Counted from the first letter of the stretch, positions 8,615 through 17,175 are shown. The stretch: DNA of 45,055 nt from a virus (IMGVR_UViG_3300037515_000328:1-45055), one strand, 5' to 3'. Program-made: numbers and translations. The notes: generated by a model from the letters alone, not told the origin.

Positions 8615-9490
8615 TTATAAAGTACGAGTCCATGTTCCTTTTTCGTAAATTAGTCCGTGCTTGCTCCAAAGTTCATCAAATGTGATTAGGTATCCAGGAG
8701 TTAGACCTCGAGCCGCGTTTCTACCCTCGGCACGAAAACAATAAACATTCGGATTGTCCCAAAGGTTGCGTTTTTTGGCCTCGTTGATGAAGGCCTCTTT
8801 TACTTCCTCGTTCGTGGCCTTTCGTTCGGCATGACGTTTGTACCAATTAGTATTGGATCCATTGACTCGCTGTGTTTTAAATCCTGTTCCATAATTATCC
8901 TTTATTATTTTTTCTGGTGGCATACCTTCTTGGAAAATAACCCAATCCCCAATATTGAACTTGGTCGGCCTAACATGATCGATTATATCTTGGAAATCGT
9001 TTGATTCCACAGCTAGAGCGTCATCGACCATAAGTTTGTACTTGTTCGGTGTTGATACGATAGGCGCCCATTTTCCGTCTTTCATTATCATACATCCACC
9101 GAACCAAAAACCATCATGTCTGACTACGGGATCGGTGTCGTCTAAGGTTACATTCCATTTGTGGTGGTGAAAAGTTTGAATAATGACCCCCTCCTTATAC
9201 CCCAACCTTTTGGCGTGTTCGGCAAGTCGTTTAAGGGCCTCTTGGTCGGTGGCGATGATGTCGTTAGGTTGTAGGCTGTAATATCGCTGATCAGGTCCAA
9301 ACCAACAACCATGCGCATTTATTCCGTACATTAATTTTCCGCACTCTAGATACCCAATCCATAAAGTATATTTGCTATCCACGTACCACCCATCCTTTGG
9401 CGTCAAAAGTTCTGGGTATTCCTTTTCCAATAAACGCTTGGTCGCATCATTGCCGGATGCATAAATTTCGCTAAATAGTTCTTTTTTCAT
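8615..9490 (-). CDS. Hypothetical protein with a duplicated domain
   Basis: ATDQEALKRLAEHAKRLG...IMKDGKWA and ATNEEVKEAFINEAKKRN...IYEKGTWT. Confidence 0.75.
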   Translation of the reverse strand: MKKELFSEIYASGNDATKRLLEKEYPELLTPKDGWYVDSKYTLWIGYLECGKLMYGINAHGCWFGPDQRYYSLQPNDIIATDQEALKRLAEHAKRLGYKEGVIIQTFHHHKWNVTLDDTDPVVRHDGFWFGGCMIMKDGKWAPIVSTPNKYKLMVDDALAVESNDFQDIIDHVRPTKFNIGDWVIFQEGMPPEKIIKDNYGTGFKTQRVNGSNTNWYKRHAERKATNEEVKEAFINEAKKRNLWDNPNVYCFRAEGRNAARGLTPGYLITFDELWSKHGLIYEKGTWTRTL

Positions 9491-9527
9491 TTGTTTTTGG
9501 TTTTTAATTCCCCTGAATTCGGGGGTT

Positions 9528-9719
9528 TTAAATTGGAAATAGCGTTATCTCTATGTGTTCCGATGGTTCCTTAAGATCGAACCAGTGGATAACTTGGGCA
9601 ACTTCGTACATTGCGCCATCAATTACAACTTTTTCGTCTACCCTTGGGATTATCGGCGAACCTCCCATGGAAGTGAAAAGTTCATCTTCCGTTGTGTCGT
9701 GCGTAAATACTATTCTCAT
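9528..9719 (-). CDS. Hypothetical protein
   Basis: IPRVDEKVVIDGAMYEVAQVIH; AACCAAAA-type start region. Confidence 0.65.
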   Translation of the reverse strand: MRIVFTHDTTEDELFTSMGGSPIIPRVDEKVVIDGAMYEVAQVIHWFDLKEPSEHIEITLFPI

Positions 9720-9742
9720 AATTTTGGTTTTTGACGCAGTGG

Positions 9743-9958
9743 TTAATATCCTAAAGACCTATCAATAGATTCGTTTTCTAAAGATTCCATTCTGTCAATT
9801 GCTCGATTATTGTAAACACTTTGCAGGCATTGTTTTGGACTTAAAGAGCCATCAGTCAAGCAGGTTCCTACGCATTCACCGTTCTTTGTGACGGCCACAA
9901 AATAACCAGATTGTGTAATTGGCCCGTCTTCTAATCTTTCTATTCTTAATGTATTCAT
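9743..9958 (-). CDS. Hypothetical protein
   Basis: AAAAACCAAAAATCATG start region. Confidence 0.65.
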   Translation of the reverse strand: MNTLRIERLEDGPITQSGYFVAVTKNGECVGTCLTDGSLSPKQCLQSVYNNRAIDRMESLENESIDRSLGY

Positions 9959-9994
9959 GATTTTTGGTTTTTAAGTTTTGAATATGCAATTTTT

Positions 9995-10231
9995 TCATTT
10001 GACGCTCACCGTTGTTTCTGAATAAAAATTGCAATGATAGTTTTTAATTTCAGGTACAGCACAATCCCTATGTCCCCTCCTTTTTATAATTCCAGGCAAA
10101 TGTGTACCAATTATGTCTACAACGCCTCTGCCTTTTTTTGTGGTTGAATAGGATATGATTTCTATTTTGACCCAAACATTATAAAATTTTACTGTTTGTC
10201 CTACTTTTAAATCTTTTGCTATTATTTTCAT
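9995..10231 (-). CDS. Hypothetical protein (first gene after the promoter at 10255-10284)
   Basis: MKIIAKDLKVGQTV; AAAAACCAAATATCATG start region. Confidence 0.65.
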   Translation of the reverse strand: MKIIAKDLKVGQTVKFYNVWVKIEIISYSTTKKGRGVVDIIGTHLPGIIKRRGHRDCAVPEIKNYHCNFYSETTVSVK

Positions 10232-10254
10232 GATATTTGGTTTTTAATTATACC

Positions 10255-10284
10255 CAAATATACAAAACATTTTCCAATAACAAA
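10255..10284 (-). promoter_or_regulatory. Bacteroidota sigma70-type promoter
   Basis: Minus strand TTTG-N18-TATATTTG, matching the -33/-7 consensus TTTG/TAnnTTTG. Confidence 0.7.
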
Positions 10285-10355
10285 CCATTTTACCTTAAAA
10301 AAGTTTCATTTATTTTATTTATGCCTTAAAATGTGGCTCGTATCGGGATAATTCC

Positions 10356-10363
10356 TATATTTG
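10356..10363 (+). promoter_or_regulatory. -7 element TATATTTG, divergent promoter for the candidate sRNA
   Basis: Perfect TAnnTTTG; the -33 element is weak. Confidence 0.5.
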
Positions 10364-10367
10364 GGAT

Positions 10368-10459
10368 AGGGATGGTTACCCTTTTCATGATTTTGGTTAT
10401 TTGGTTTTGACGAGTTTCGTTAACCTAAAAGCTCCTTGGTGTATCCTTGGGGCTTTTTT
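10368..10459 (+). ncRNA. Candidate ~90-nt small RNA antisense to phage translation-initiation regions
   Basis: Lies between a -7 box and an intrinsic terminator; hairpins AGGG/CCCT and GACGA/TCGTT flank the seed TTTTCATGATTTTGGTTAT. Confidence 0.45.
10427..10459 (+). terminator. Intrinsic terminator (possibly bidirectional)
   Basis: AAAAGCTCC-ttGGtgtatCCtt-GGGGCTTTTTT. Confidence 0.7.
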
Positions 10460-10463
10460 GTTG

Positions 10464-10814
10464 TCAATATTTAAATTCGATAAGACCCTTTCTTGTCCCG
10501 TCCGTCATTGCAACAATGGGGATCCCAAGCCTAAAGGCCAGTTTTATTTCTTCGGCCATGCCATTGCTTATCCTGTCACCGTACAACCTTATTTCGCCTA
10601 TGAATCCACGGTTAAGAAGTTCGATGTCGTTCTTGATGCCCCTCGCCCGTTCACTTGGTACGTTGTCGTCAAGACACTTGCAGTCCAAAAAGTAGGGTGC
10701 GAACGGGACAACGTTCGGCTCGGTGAGGTTTATGGTCCTCGCTATGGATCTTATCTTTCTAAGGTTTCCCTTTACGTCCCCGCCTATGGGGTGGGCTATA
10801 TATGCTATTTTCAT
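10464..10814 (-). CDS. DUF4406-like / nucleoside 2-deoxyribosyltransferase-like fold protein
   Basis: AYIAHPIGGD...PFAPY...LYGDRISNGMAEEIKLAFRLGIPI. Confidence 0.7.
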   Translation of the reverse strand: MKIAYIAHPIGGDVKGNLRKIRSIARTINLTEPNVVPFAPYFLDCKCLDDNVPSERARGIKNDIELLNRGFIGEIRLYGDRISNGMAEEIKLAFRLGIPIVAMTDGTRKGLIEFKY

Positions 10815-10829
10815 TTGGTTTATTTTTTG

Positions 10830-11099
10830 TTAATTCCAGTTTTTTAATACTTCATAATCGGTAAAATCTTCGTAGCCAAGATGATGGTTGGAAGTTTCCC
10901 AAATCGGTTGTCTATTTTCAAGTTGCTTATTTTTTTTGGTAAAATTAGACTGTAGCAATCCGTTATCAGGACTATCTATCCTATACTTCAGACAACCCGA
11001 CCAATGTTTGGCCCTTACTATTTTACCGTCCATCATTTGTTTTTTGGCCCATTTCCAAGAGCCTTTTAATCCAAAAAATCTAATGATCCAATTTTTCAT
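10830..11099 (-). CDS. Hypothetical protein with a DUF2829/Tad2-like N-terminus
   Basis: SWKWAKKQMMDGKIVRAKHWSG...FTDYEV resembles the F..AL..LK.GKKV.R..W...DW pattern. Confidence 0.45.
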   Translation of the reverse strand: MKNWIIRFFGLKGSWKWAKKQMMDGKIVRAKHWSGCLKYRIDSPDNGLLQSNFTKKNKQLENRQPIWETSNHHLGYEDFTDYEVLKNWN

Positions 11100-11103
11100 T
11101 TGT

Positions 11104-11784
11104 TTATTTATTAAAGTTTAAAGGTTTTTCAACACGTTCAAAAGAATAAACGAACACCCACGGGTTGCTATCCAATGATTCCTTTCCGTTTATGGATTCC
11201 CATAGGGAGAAAAATGAACTAGGCGCATTCACAAGACCGGTTCCTATTCCTTTTCTCATGTAGTCTTTATACAGTATGGCGTCATCAAAATTACTCCCTA
11301 TAACCTCAATTCCCTCTGCAATAGCATCATCCTCCGAAATATCATGCAGCCTTTCGACCCTCACATCCGTTACCTCCAAGAATATCCTACATGCTTCCTT
11401 TGGCATGAAAATGGATGGTTTCCATTTGTAACCATACTTTTCTTTTGCACAATCCATCCAGTCGCTATGTACGCTGGATCTATAAACAAATTGATTATTT
11501 GTCTTGGCCCCTTCTAGAAGATAATGGGCATGGTCCCGCATTACATAACATGTTGACTCCCTTACCCAGAATATATCGCCTGGTTTTGCTTCTGGCCTAC
11601 AAAGTACACTCAAGGAATTGTCCCTACTTTTAAAAACTATTCCTTCGCCCTCAAAAAAAACACTGTAATTGTCAGGGTTCAGATTGATAATTTTAAGTCC
11701 TTTTGTCCTTCTGGTTTGGTTTTTACTTCCGTCCAGAATAGCCTTTACCATGGAGGTGTTAAATAATTTTGCTACGTGTTTCAT
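11104..11784 (-). CDS. ASCH/PUA-like phage protein
   Basis: LFNTSMVKAILDGSKNQTRR, PGDIFWVRE, WKPSIFMPKEACRIFLEVTDVRVERLHDISEDDAIAEG, NPWVFVYSF; likely start ATG 11784. Confidence 0.8.
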   Translation of the reverse strand: MKHVAKLFNTSMVKAILDGSKNQTRRTKGLKIINLNPDNYSVFFEGEGIVFKSRDNSLSVLCRPEAKPGDIFWVRESTCYVMRDHAHYLLEGAKTNNQFVYRSSVHSDWMDCAKEKYGYKWKPSIFMPKEACRIFLEVTDVRVERLHDISEDDAIAEGIEVIGSNFDDAILYKDYMRKGIGTGLVNAPSSFFSLWESINGKESLDSNPWVFVYSFERVEKPLNFNK

Positions 11785-11786
11785 AT

Positions 11787-12098
11787 CTATGGTTGTTTTA
11801 CGTTTTTTAAAAGCCATTCATTTGCCGCATCGATAGCGTTTTTCTTTATTCTCGACAAATCATCGTCATCGCTCCAATATTTTATATCCAGTCGATTCCA
11901 ATTGTCCAGCTCGAACATGTCAAATTTTCCATCATTTGGACATTCGACAATTTCTGCGGTCCATGGGTCTTGGTGCCTCCATCTTAGATAGATTACAAAT
12001 TGCCTGTTTTTGTATTCTATATTTAGATAGCACTGGGAGGGGCACCATATTAAGTCATCCCTCCAATTGTTTATTATTTTAAATTCTGTGTTTTTCAT
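11787..12098 (-). CDS. Hypothetical protein
   Basis: Likely start MKNTEF; CPSQ...YLRWRH motif. Confidence 0.6.
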   Translation of the reverse strand: MKNTEFKIINNWRDDLIWCPSQCYLNIEYKNRQFVIYLRWRHQDPWTAEIVECPNDGKFDMFELDNWNRLDIKYWSDDDDLSRIKKNAIDAANEWLLKNVKQP

Positions 12099-12120
12099 AT
12101 TTATGGTTTTAGTTTTGATT

Positions 12121-12273
12121 CTAAAAAGAAATTCCCTCGAATTCGTCAAATAACGATAGTTGTACGGGCCTCGGTCTTTCTATGGTCCATCCGTGTTCCC
12201 TGCAAAGAGTCCAGTTACCCAATATAGTGGTAGTTCCATTGCACTTGCATTTGTCGGGGTAGTGGTGTTTCAT
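12121..12273 (-). CDS. Small Cys/His protein
   Basis: MKHHYPDKCKC...CREH...QLSLFDEF. Confidence 0.5.
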   Translation of the reverse strand: MKHHYPDKCKCNGTTTILGNWTLCREHGWTIERPRPVQLSLFDEFEGISF

Positions 12274-12274
12274 G

Positions 12275-13291
12275 TCAAAATAGTTCAGGTTGTTTTTGTT
12301 TTTGCTCCTTGAACCTTCTTTCGGCATCCATTAAATTAAGTTTAGCTTGCTTAAAATAACTGTCCTTAAGTTCGATGCCTATTCCTTTCCTTCCCATTGA
12401 AACGGGACTGTATACCTCACTTCCAACCCCCATAAATGGGGTAAGTACAACTTCTCCTGGATTTGAATACAGTTCCACCAAACGATCTACAACATCTAAT
12501 TGTAGCGGGTGTACGTGCTTCTCGTCGTCATCTTCTTTTGAATCCTTAAAAGGAAGTACATTATCTATCCTTATGTCGTCCCAAACGCTAGATGCGTACC
12601 TTTGCCATATGTAATGGTTAAGCTTTGTGATTTTATCGTCCTCGTTTATTTTATTTAGGTATGACCAAAGCTGGTCCTCATTAAGGTTGTAATTGTTTGC
12701 GTTGTTCCAAGCTCTTAGAATGTTTGGGAGTATTGGTATTTCACCTGCATAATGGTTTATTCCAAAAGGATGCGTTACCGGGACCTTGTTCTCTCCTTTT
12801 TTCGTGAACACCAGTACATAATCAGGCATGGCCGTAAAGCATTTGGTACTGTCCTCCACAATGAATTTATGCATAAGAGACTGCACCATTGTGCGCATTC
12901 TTACCTTTAAAGGCTCCTTCCATATGGTAATCCTATTTCGGTACTCGAAACCATATTTTTTATGTATCCTTATTATTTCATTTGGGAAGTCCCAAAGCCT
13001 ACAGGTATTGTCGAACACATCGGTACAGTGAACGGCTGAAATTCTTCCAGATTTTGTTACCCTTGATATTTCTTTTACAAGATATTCGTACTGCTGCAAG
13101 AATTGTTCCTTGCTTTCACAGTTGCTCATATCGTGCTCGCTCGAGCTGTAATTATAAAGCCCCGCAAAAGGAGGTGAGTATATAGAAAGATCTATGCTTT
13201 CGTCCTCTAGGCTGGGCATTACCAACATACAATCACTGTTATATATTGCATATCTCTCTGTCACTACTTGGTCTTTTACTTTGTTTTCCAT
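12275..13291 (-). CDS. DNA methyltransferase, N4-C/N6-A, beta class
   Basis: Motif IV SPPF precedes motif I TPFMGVGS; HVHPLQL, GIELK. Confidence 0.9.
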   Translation of the reverse strand: MENKVKDQVVTERYAIYNSDCMLVMPSLEDESIDLSIYSPPFAGLYNYSSSEHDMSNCESKEQFLQQYEYLVKEISRVTKSGRISAVHCTDVFDNTCRLWDFPNEIIRIHKKYGFEYRNRITIWKEPLKVRMRTMVQSLMHKFIVEDSTKCFTAMPDYVLVFTKKGENKVPVTHPFGINHYAGEIPILPNILRAWNNANNYNLNEDQLWSYLNKINEDDKITKLNHYIWQRYASSVWDDIRIDNVLPFKDSKEDDDEKHVHPLQLDVVDRLVELYSNPGEVVLTPFMGVGSEVYSPVSMGRKGIGIELKDSYFKQAKLNLMDAERRFKEQKQKQPELF

Positions 13292-13293
13292 TT

Positions 13294-14682
13294 TTATATG
13301 AATTTTGGTTTAATTATGTCCTTATTGAATTCTTTTGTTTTGTGATCAAATGACCTGTTTACGTTCTCGGTTAGATTTTTATGAAGCTCTACGGCTTTTT
13401 TTGTTTTTTGTTCCAATGCTTCAATTACTCGAGTCTGTCCATCTGATATCACCATATCGATCGTTACATCGTTTTTTTGTCCAAATCTCCAAAATCTTCT
13501 TATGGACTGGTAGTATTGTTCATAACTCCAAGTTGGAAAGAAAACCGAATGGTTACAGTGCTGCCAGTTAAGTCCCATCGATGTCATCTTTGCCTTGGTT
13601 ATCAACCTATTTATTTCTCCGTTTGCAAATGCCAACAATATCTCTTCTTTCTTGTCAATGGATTGACCGCCTATAATTTCGACCGCTTCGCTGTCCGAAT
13701 GTTTCAATATACTGCTCTCGTTATTTGTGTTGCACCAGTACACTGACGTTTTTCCACTTGCTAGCTCAATGGCTTTTTCGCACCTTTTTTCTTCGGTCTG
13801 TTTTTGTTCGTGCCTTACTTCGGTCATTGATTTTGCTATAGGCGTGAACATTTGTATCTGTCCATTTACATCTATTAGGCTCTGGTTTTTTACAATGTGT
13901 TTGTTTATAATGAGTTCTGGCAGAACGTACCTGTCATTTGAAAATCCTATATCGCTTGGCATTTTGCACATTATGGACCATTGGTTGACCCATGCGAAAA
14001 AATCCTTTTCAGCATGTGGTTTTAAATAAAACTTCTCGCCTATGTTCCTGTTAGTGCTGTCCACGCTGTTTTGGTTGTTCTTAAAAAACTTCGTCAACAT
14101 GTCCATATAACCCATATAACCAAGGGCTTCTGAACTTGTTCCCAGTTCGATGAAATCATTTGGGCTGGGCGTTGCTGTCGAAAGAAACCTAAAGGGTATT
14201 TTTTTAACAAATGAGGTTATCTGGGACTTTATCTTTCCGTCAAAATTTTTCAATATACTTGACTCATCACAAATTACCCCTTCAAAATCCAAACTATTGA
14301 AATAGTGCAGCCTCTCATAATTGCATATTACTATTTTCTTGGTGTGTTTTCCGTCTTTTGAATACTCTATATCGCTTATTCCCAGCTTTTCAGCTTCTAA
14401 TATAAATTGAAAAGCTACCGCTAAGGGAGTCAATATCAAAACCTTTTTATTTGTTTTTAAAACAATGTTGTTGGCTATTGAAATTTGCATAAGCGTCTTT
14501 CCTAGACCAGTGTCCGCAAAAACCCCTATCCTTCCTTTTTGCACTGATTTTTCTATTATATATTTCTGAAAATCAAAAGCTATTTCAGGCACGTACAACG
14601 ATTTAAAACCGAAGTTTCCTATTGAGTGTTTTTTGGTCTGTAAAAATTTAATATAATCTTCCATTTGGTTAATTTTTTCCAT
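13294..14682 (-). CDS. SF2 (SNF2-like) helicase
   Basis: DTGLGKT, CDESS, TATPSPND, MGLNWQ, QSIRRFWRFGQ. Confidence 0.9.
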   Translation of the reverse strand: MEKINQMEDYIKFLQTKKHSIGNFGFKSLYVPEIAFDFQKYIIEKSVQKGRIGVFADTGLGKTLMQISIANNIVLKTNKKVLILTPLAVAFQFILEAEKLGISDIEYSKDGKHTKKIVICNYERLHYFNSLDFEGVICDESSILKNFDGKIKSQITSFVKKIPFRFLSTATPSPNDFIELGTSSEALGYMGYMDMLTKFFKNNQNSVDSTNRNIGEKFYLKPHAEKDFFAWVNQWSIMCKMPSDIGFSNDRYVLPELIINKHIVKNQSLIDVNGQIQMFTPIAKSMTEVRHEQKQTEEKRCEKAIELASGKTSVYWCNTNNESSILKHSDSEAVEIIGGQSIDKKEEILLAFANGEINRLITKAKMTSMGLNWQHCNHSVFFPTWSYEQYYQSIRRFWRFGQKNDVTIDMVISDGQTRVIEALEQKTKKAVELHKNLTENVNRSFDHKTKEFNKDIIKPKFI

Positions 14683-15130
14683 AGGTTGTTATAGCTGCGC
14701 TTATCATCGACTTGAAATTATCTGCCATTTCGCTGTATTCCATCGGTGAATATTCTTTGTGTCTTCCGTTCTTTATCGCCGATTCCAGTTCGCAAAGGTT
14801 AAGCAACTCCTGTGCTTCCGTTACCAATACTCTTAAGTCCTTGTCCAAAAGTTTATGAAGTTCCTTTTGGGGTATGTCATCCATTACGGTACAGTTGTAG
14901 TGCTTAACAAATTCCGTGAAAAGATAAATGTACAATTTTCCGAAAAGTTGTTGATTGTTGATAAGATTTTTTTCCATTATGTCCACATACTCAACAAGTT
15001 CATTGTAGGCATCGAAATCCGTTTTGTTTGGAACCAACCCAAAAGGCTTAGGTCTTTTGTTTCCGTATTGGTCGAATATGGAATCATTGAATCTTTTTCC
15101 TATGTGCTTAAGGCTTCTTTGTACGTTCAT
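14669..15130 (-). CDS. Hypothetical protein
   Basis: 153-aa ORF coupled to its neighbours. Confidence 0.7.
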   Translation of the reverse strand: MNVQRSLKHIGKRFNDSIFDQYGNKRPKPFGLVPNKTDFDAYNELVEYVDIMEKNLINNQQLFGKLYIYLFTEFVKHYNCTVMDDIPQKELHKLLDKDLRVLVTEAQELLNLCELESAIKNGRHKEYSPMEYSEMADNFKSMISAAITTYGKN

Positions 15131-15969
15131 CAGATAAATGATTGGTTATTATTTTGGTCTACGTATGGAAGATGGTTTTCGTCCAGCGTGAAATAAAATT
15201 CCTTGAATGGGTAGTTTCTACAATAGTCTGGGGTAACCTTTGTAAGTTCGTCCTCCCTTGTGACGAAGGCCACAGTTTCAGATTTCTTCATTATAGCACT
15301 TCCCAAATGCCCTGTTGGCTTATCGCTTCCGTGGTTCCTATGGAGTACCGTTATCAAATGCGCGTTTGTCCTAGTGGTCCATTTCATCATCCCCTGGACT
15401 ATCTTATTGGCCTCTTCCAAGTCGTTTACACTTTCCATTATGTCCGCAGCCCCATCGATAAGCATAAGCCCTATATCCTTCCTGTAGTGGCTCTCCATCA
15501 TTATCCACTCTATGAACTGGAAACGTATCTTGGCGTCATATTCCCGTGTTGTGAACGGCACGTAGACATCTGGATTGGCCCCCACCATTTCACAGGTTCT
15601 CTTTGCGACCCTCTGGGTATGCCATAACGATTGTTCAGTATCAACATCGATTATATACTTACCTTTTTGTTGGTGTCCCCTCATATCCGGGAAGTAGTTG
15701 TTTGAATTTCCTCCGATATATGAAGCGGACACGGCAGACTTCAAAAACGTTTTCATCGATTTTGAGGCCCCTACAAGGCACGAAAAGTTGCCATAGGTAC
15801 CAAAGGGTATAGGATACTCTTTTCCTTTGTAAGAATAGCTCCCAAGGCTTAAAGCAACGGGTGGGGGAGGAAGCTCCAAGGACACGTCCACAAAACACTT
15901 ATCGTGCATGTCCATGAAATCTATCTTGAATTCCTCTTCAAGTTTTGATGTATCCAATTTTTGTATCAC
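15130..15969 (-). CDS. P-loop ATPase (RecA/DnaB-like, AAA_25-type), putative replicative helicase
   Basis: GASKSMKT, IDVDTEQS, LIDGAAD, VLHRN, GHLGS; follows the initiator gene. Confidence 0.75.
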   Translation of the reverse strand: MIQKLDTSKLEEEFKIDFMDMHDKCFVDVSLELPPPPVALSLGSYSYKGKEYPIPFGTYGNFSCLVGASKSMKTFLKSAVSASYIGGNSNNYFPDMRGHQQKGKYIIDVDTEQSLWHTQRVAKRTCEMVGANPDVYVPFTTREYDAKIRFQFIEWIMMESHYRKDIGLMLIDGAADIMESVNDLEEANKIVQGMMKWTTRTNAHLITVLHRNHGSDKPTGHLGSAIMKKSETVAFVTREDELTKVTPDYCRNYPFKEFYFTLDENHLPYVDQNNNQSFI

Positions 15970-16634
15970 AGCGATCCTATTTTTTTGGTTTTTTTGTACT
16001 GGTCCAATTTTCCTACCTCGTTAAGCTTATTTAGCCAGTTGCTAAAGTGCTTCCTGAACTCCAATGTATTTTTATGCAACGTGTTCTCTACTATCAAATG
16101 GCCATTGAACTCTTTGATAAGGTCCGTCAATGTCCCGTCACGGATTTTTAGCCTCATGTAAAGTTGCTCAACGGCCTGGGCGTGTTCGCCCTTCTTTACC
16201 TCTTCCACAAACTTTTTGAAAAGGCCATTTATTTCGTTATCCTTTTTATTTAAATAGTTATCATTATCATTATCTAAAGGCTTTTTTTGGGTTAGCCCAA
16301 AAGAAAGGCCTGGGTTTTTTGTTGTTTTCGGAGGCCTACCTCCCTTTTTCCCATTGATAGCTTGCTTTTCTAGGAATTTTACTTTCTTTATTCTCTCCGA
16401 TTCCAGTCTTTTGTTTATTAAACAATCACCTTTATCTTCAAATTTTGATTTTAATTCTTCAGAAAAGTTATCCCACTCATAACCCACCAATAACCCAAGC
16501 CTTTTTTTGGGTATACTTCCATCCGTCCATTGCTTGCATAGCATTTTAATATACATGCCAACCTCTTCATTTGTCATATAGACACATCCGGTTAGGAAGT
16601 CTTGTGCGTAAAAAGGAAATTGCGGAGAAGCCAT
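15966..16634 (-). CDS. Replication initiator-like protein (YdaU/DUF1376 N-terminal domain)
   Basis: SPQFPFYAQDFL...MTNEEVGMYIKMLCKQW...NGKKGGRP; likely start ATG 16634. Confidence 0.8.
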   Translation of the reverse strand: MASPQFPFYAQDFLTGCVYMTNEEVGMYIKMLCKQWTDGSIPKKRLGLLVGYEWDNFSEELKSKFEDKGDCLINKRLESERIKKVKFLEKQAINGKKGGRPPKTTKNPGLSFGLTQKKPLDNDNDNYLNKKDNEINGLFKKFVEEVKKGEHAQAVEQLYMRLKIRDGTLTDLIKEFNGHLIVENTLHKNTLEFRKHFSNWLNKLNEVGKLDQYKKTKKIGSL

Positions 16635-16645
16635 ATGTTTAAATT

Positions 16646-16736
16646 GAAAAAGCCCTTTGAATTTCATCGGCCGCAACTCCGAATCCACCCAAAAGGCTTT
16701 AATTTTGTTCTACAAATATACGTTTAAAGTTGCGGA
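16646..16736 (-). promoter_or_regulatory. Attenuator-like leader (terminator/antiterminator) upstream of the initiator
   Basis: Minus strand: CCGCAACT can pair with AGTTGCGG inside the loop of AAAGCCTTTTG...CAAAGGGCTTTTT. Confidence 0.55.
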
Positions 16737-16773
16737 TTGTATATTCTGAATGGTTAAATTTACTAAAAAAATA

Positions 16774-17175
16774 TCATTCTTTATCATTTTTAGGTAAAAT
16801 TATTTCGGGCAAATATCCATATGATTCCAAAACCTTGTTTTCATGATCACTTAGTCGGTTCCTTAGATGTAATAGAATGTCTCCTGGCATAATGTTGAAA
16901 TCTCCAAAATTTACATAAGCGTCCCTTATCCTGTCTTCGTATGTGAATGCCGTTGGGAATGTTTTGTTTATGGAGTGTATTACCGTTACGTGATCGTTTC
17001 CTGTGGATAGTCCTATTTCCGTAAGGGTCATTGGTGTGTTTTCCCTTGCCAACTTAAAGTATAGCGACTTAGCGTATGCTACTTCCCTTCTTCTTGTTTT
17101 TTGGGATATGACAACACCAAGGGCCTGTTCTACATATCTCTGAATGGCCTCTGCTTTTATTTTTATTTTATCCAT
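16774..17175 (-). CDS. DnaA C-terminal-like HTH protein
   Basis: KTRRREVAYAKSLYFKLARENTPMTLTEIG...DHVTVIHS matches the DnaA domain IV signature. Confidence 0.8.
   Translation of the reverse strand: MDKIKIKAEAIQRYVEQALGVVISQKTRRREVAYAKSLYFKLARENTPMTLTEIGLSTGNDHVTVIHSINKTFPTAFTYEDRIRDAYVNFGDFNIMPGDILLHLRNRLSDHENKVLESYGYLPEIILPKNDKE

Noticed and set aside
9505-9530. Hairpin CCCCTGAATTCGGGGG between small early genes as a terminator
   Set aside because: It lacks a U-tract on the coding (minus) strand; it may be a processing or stability hairpin but support is insufficient
10401-10847. 148-aa + strand ORF downstream of the + strand promoter
   Set aside because: TTG start, crosses an intrinsic terminator, and is antisense to the well-supported DUF4406-like gene
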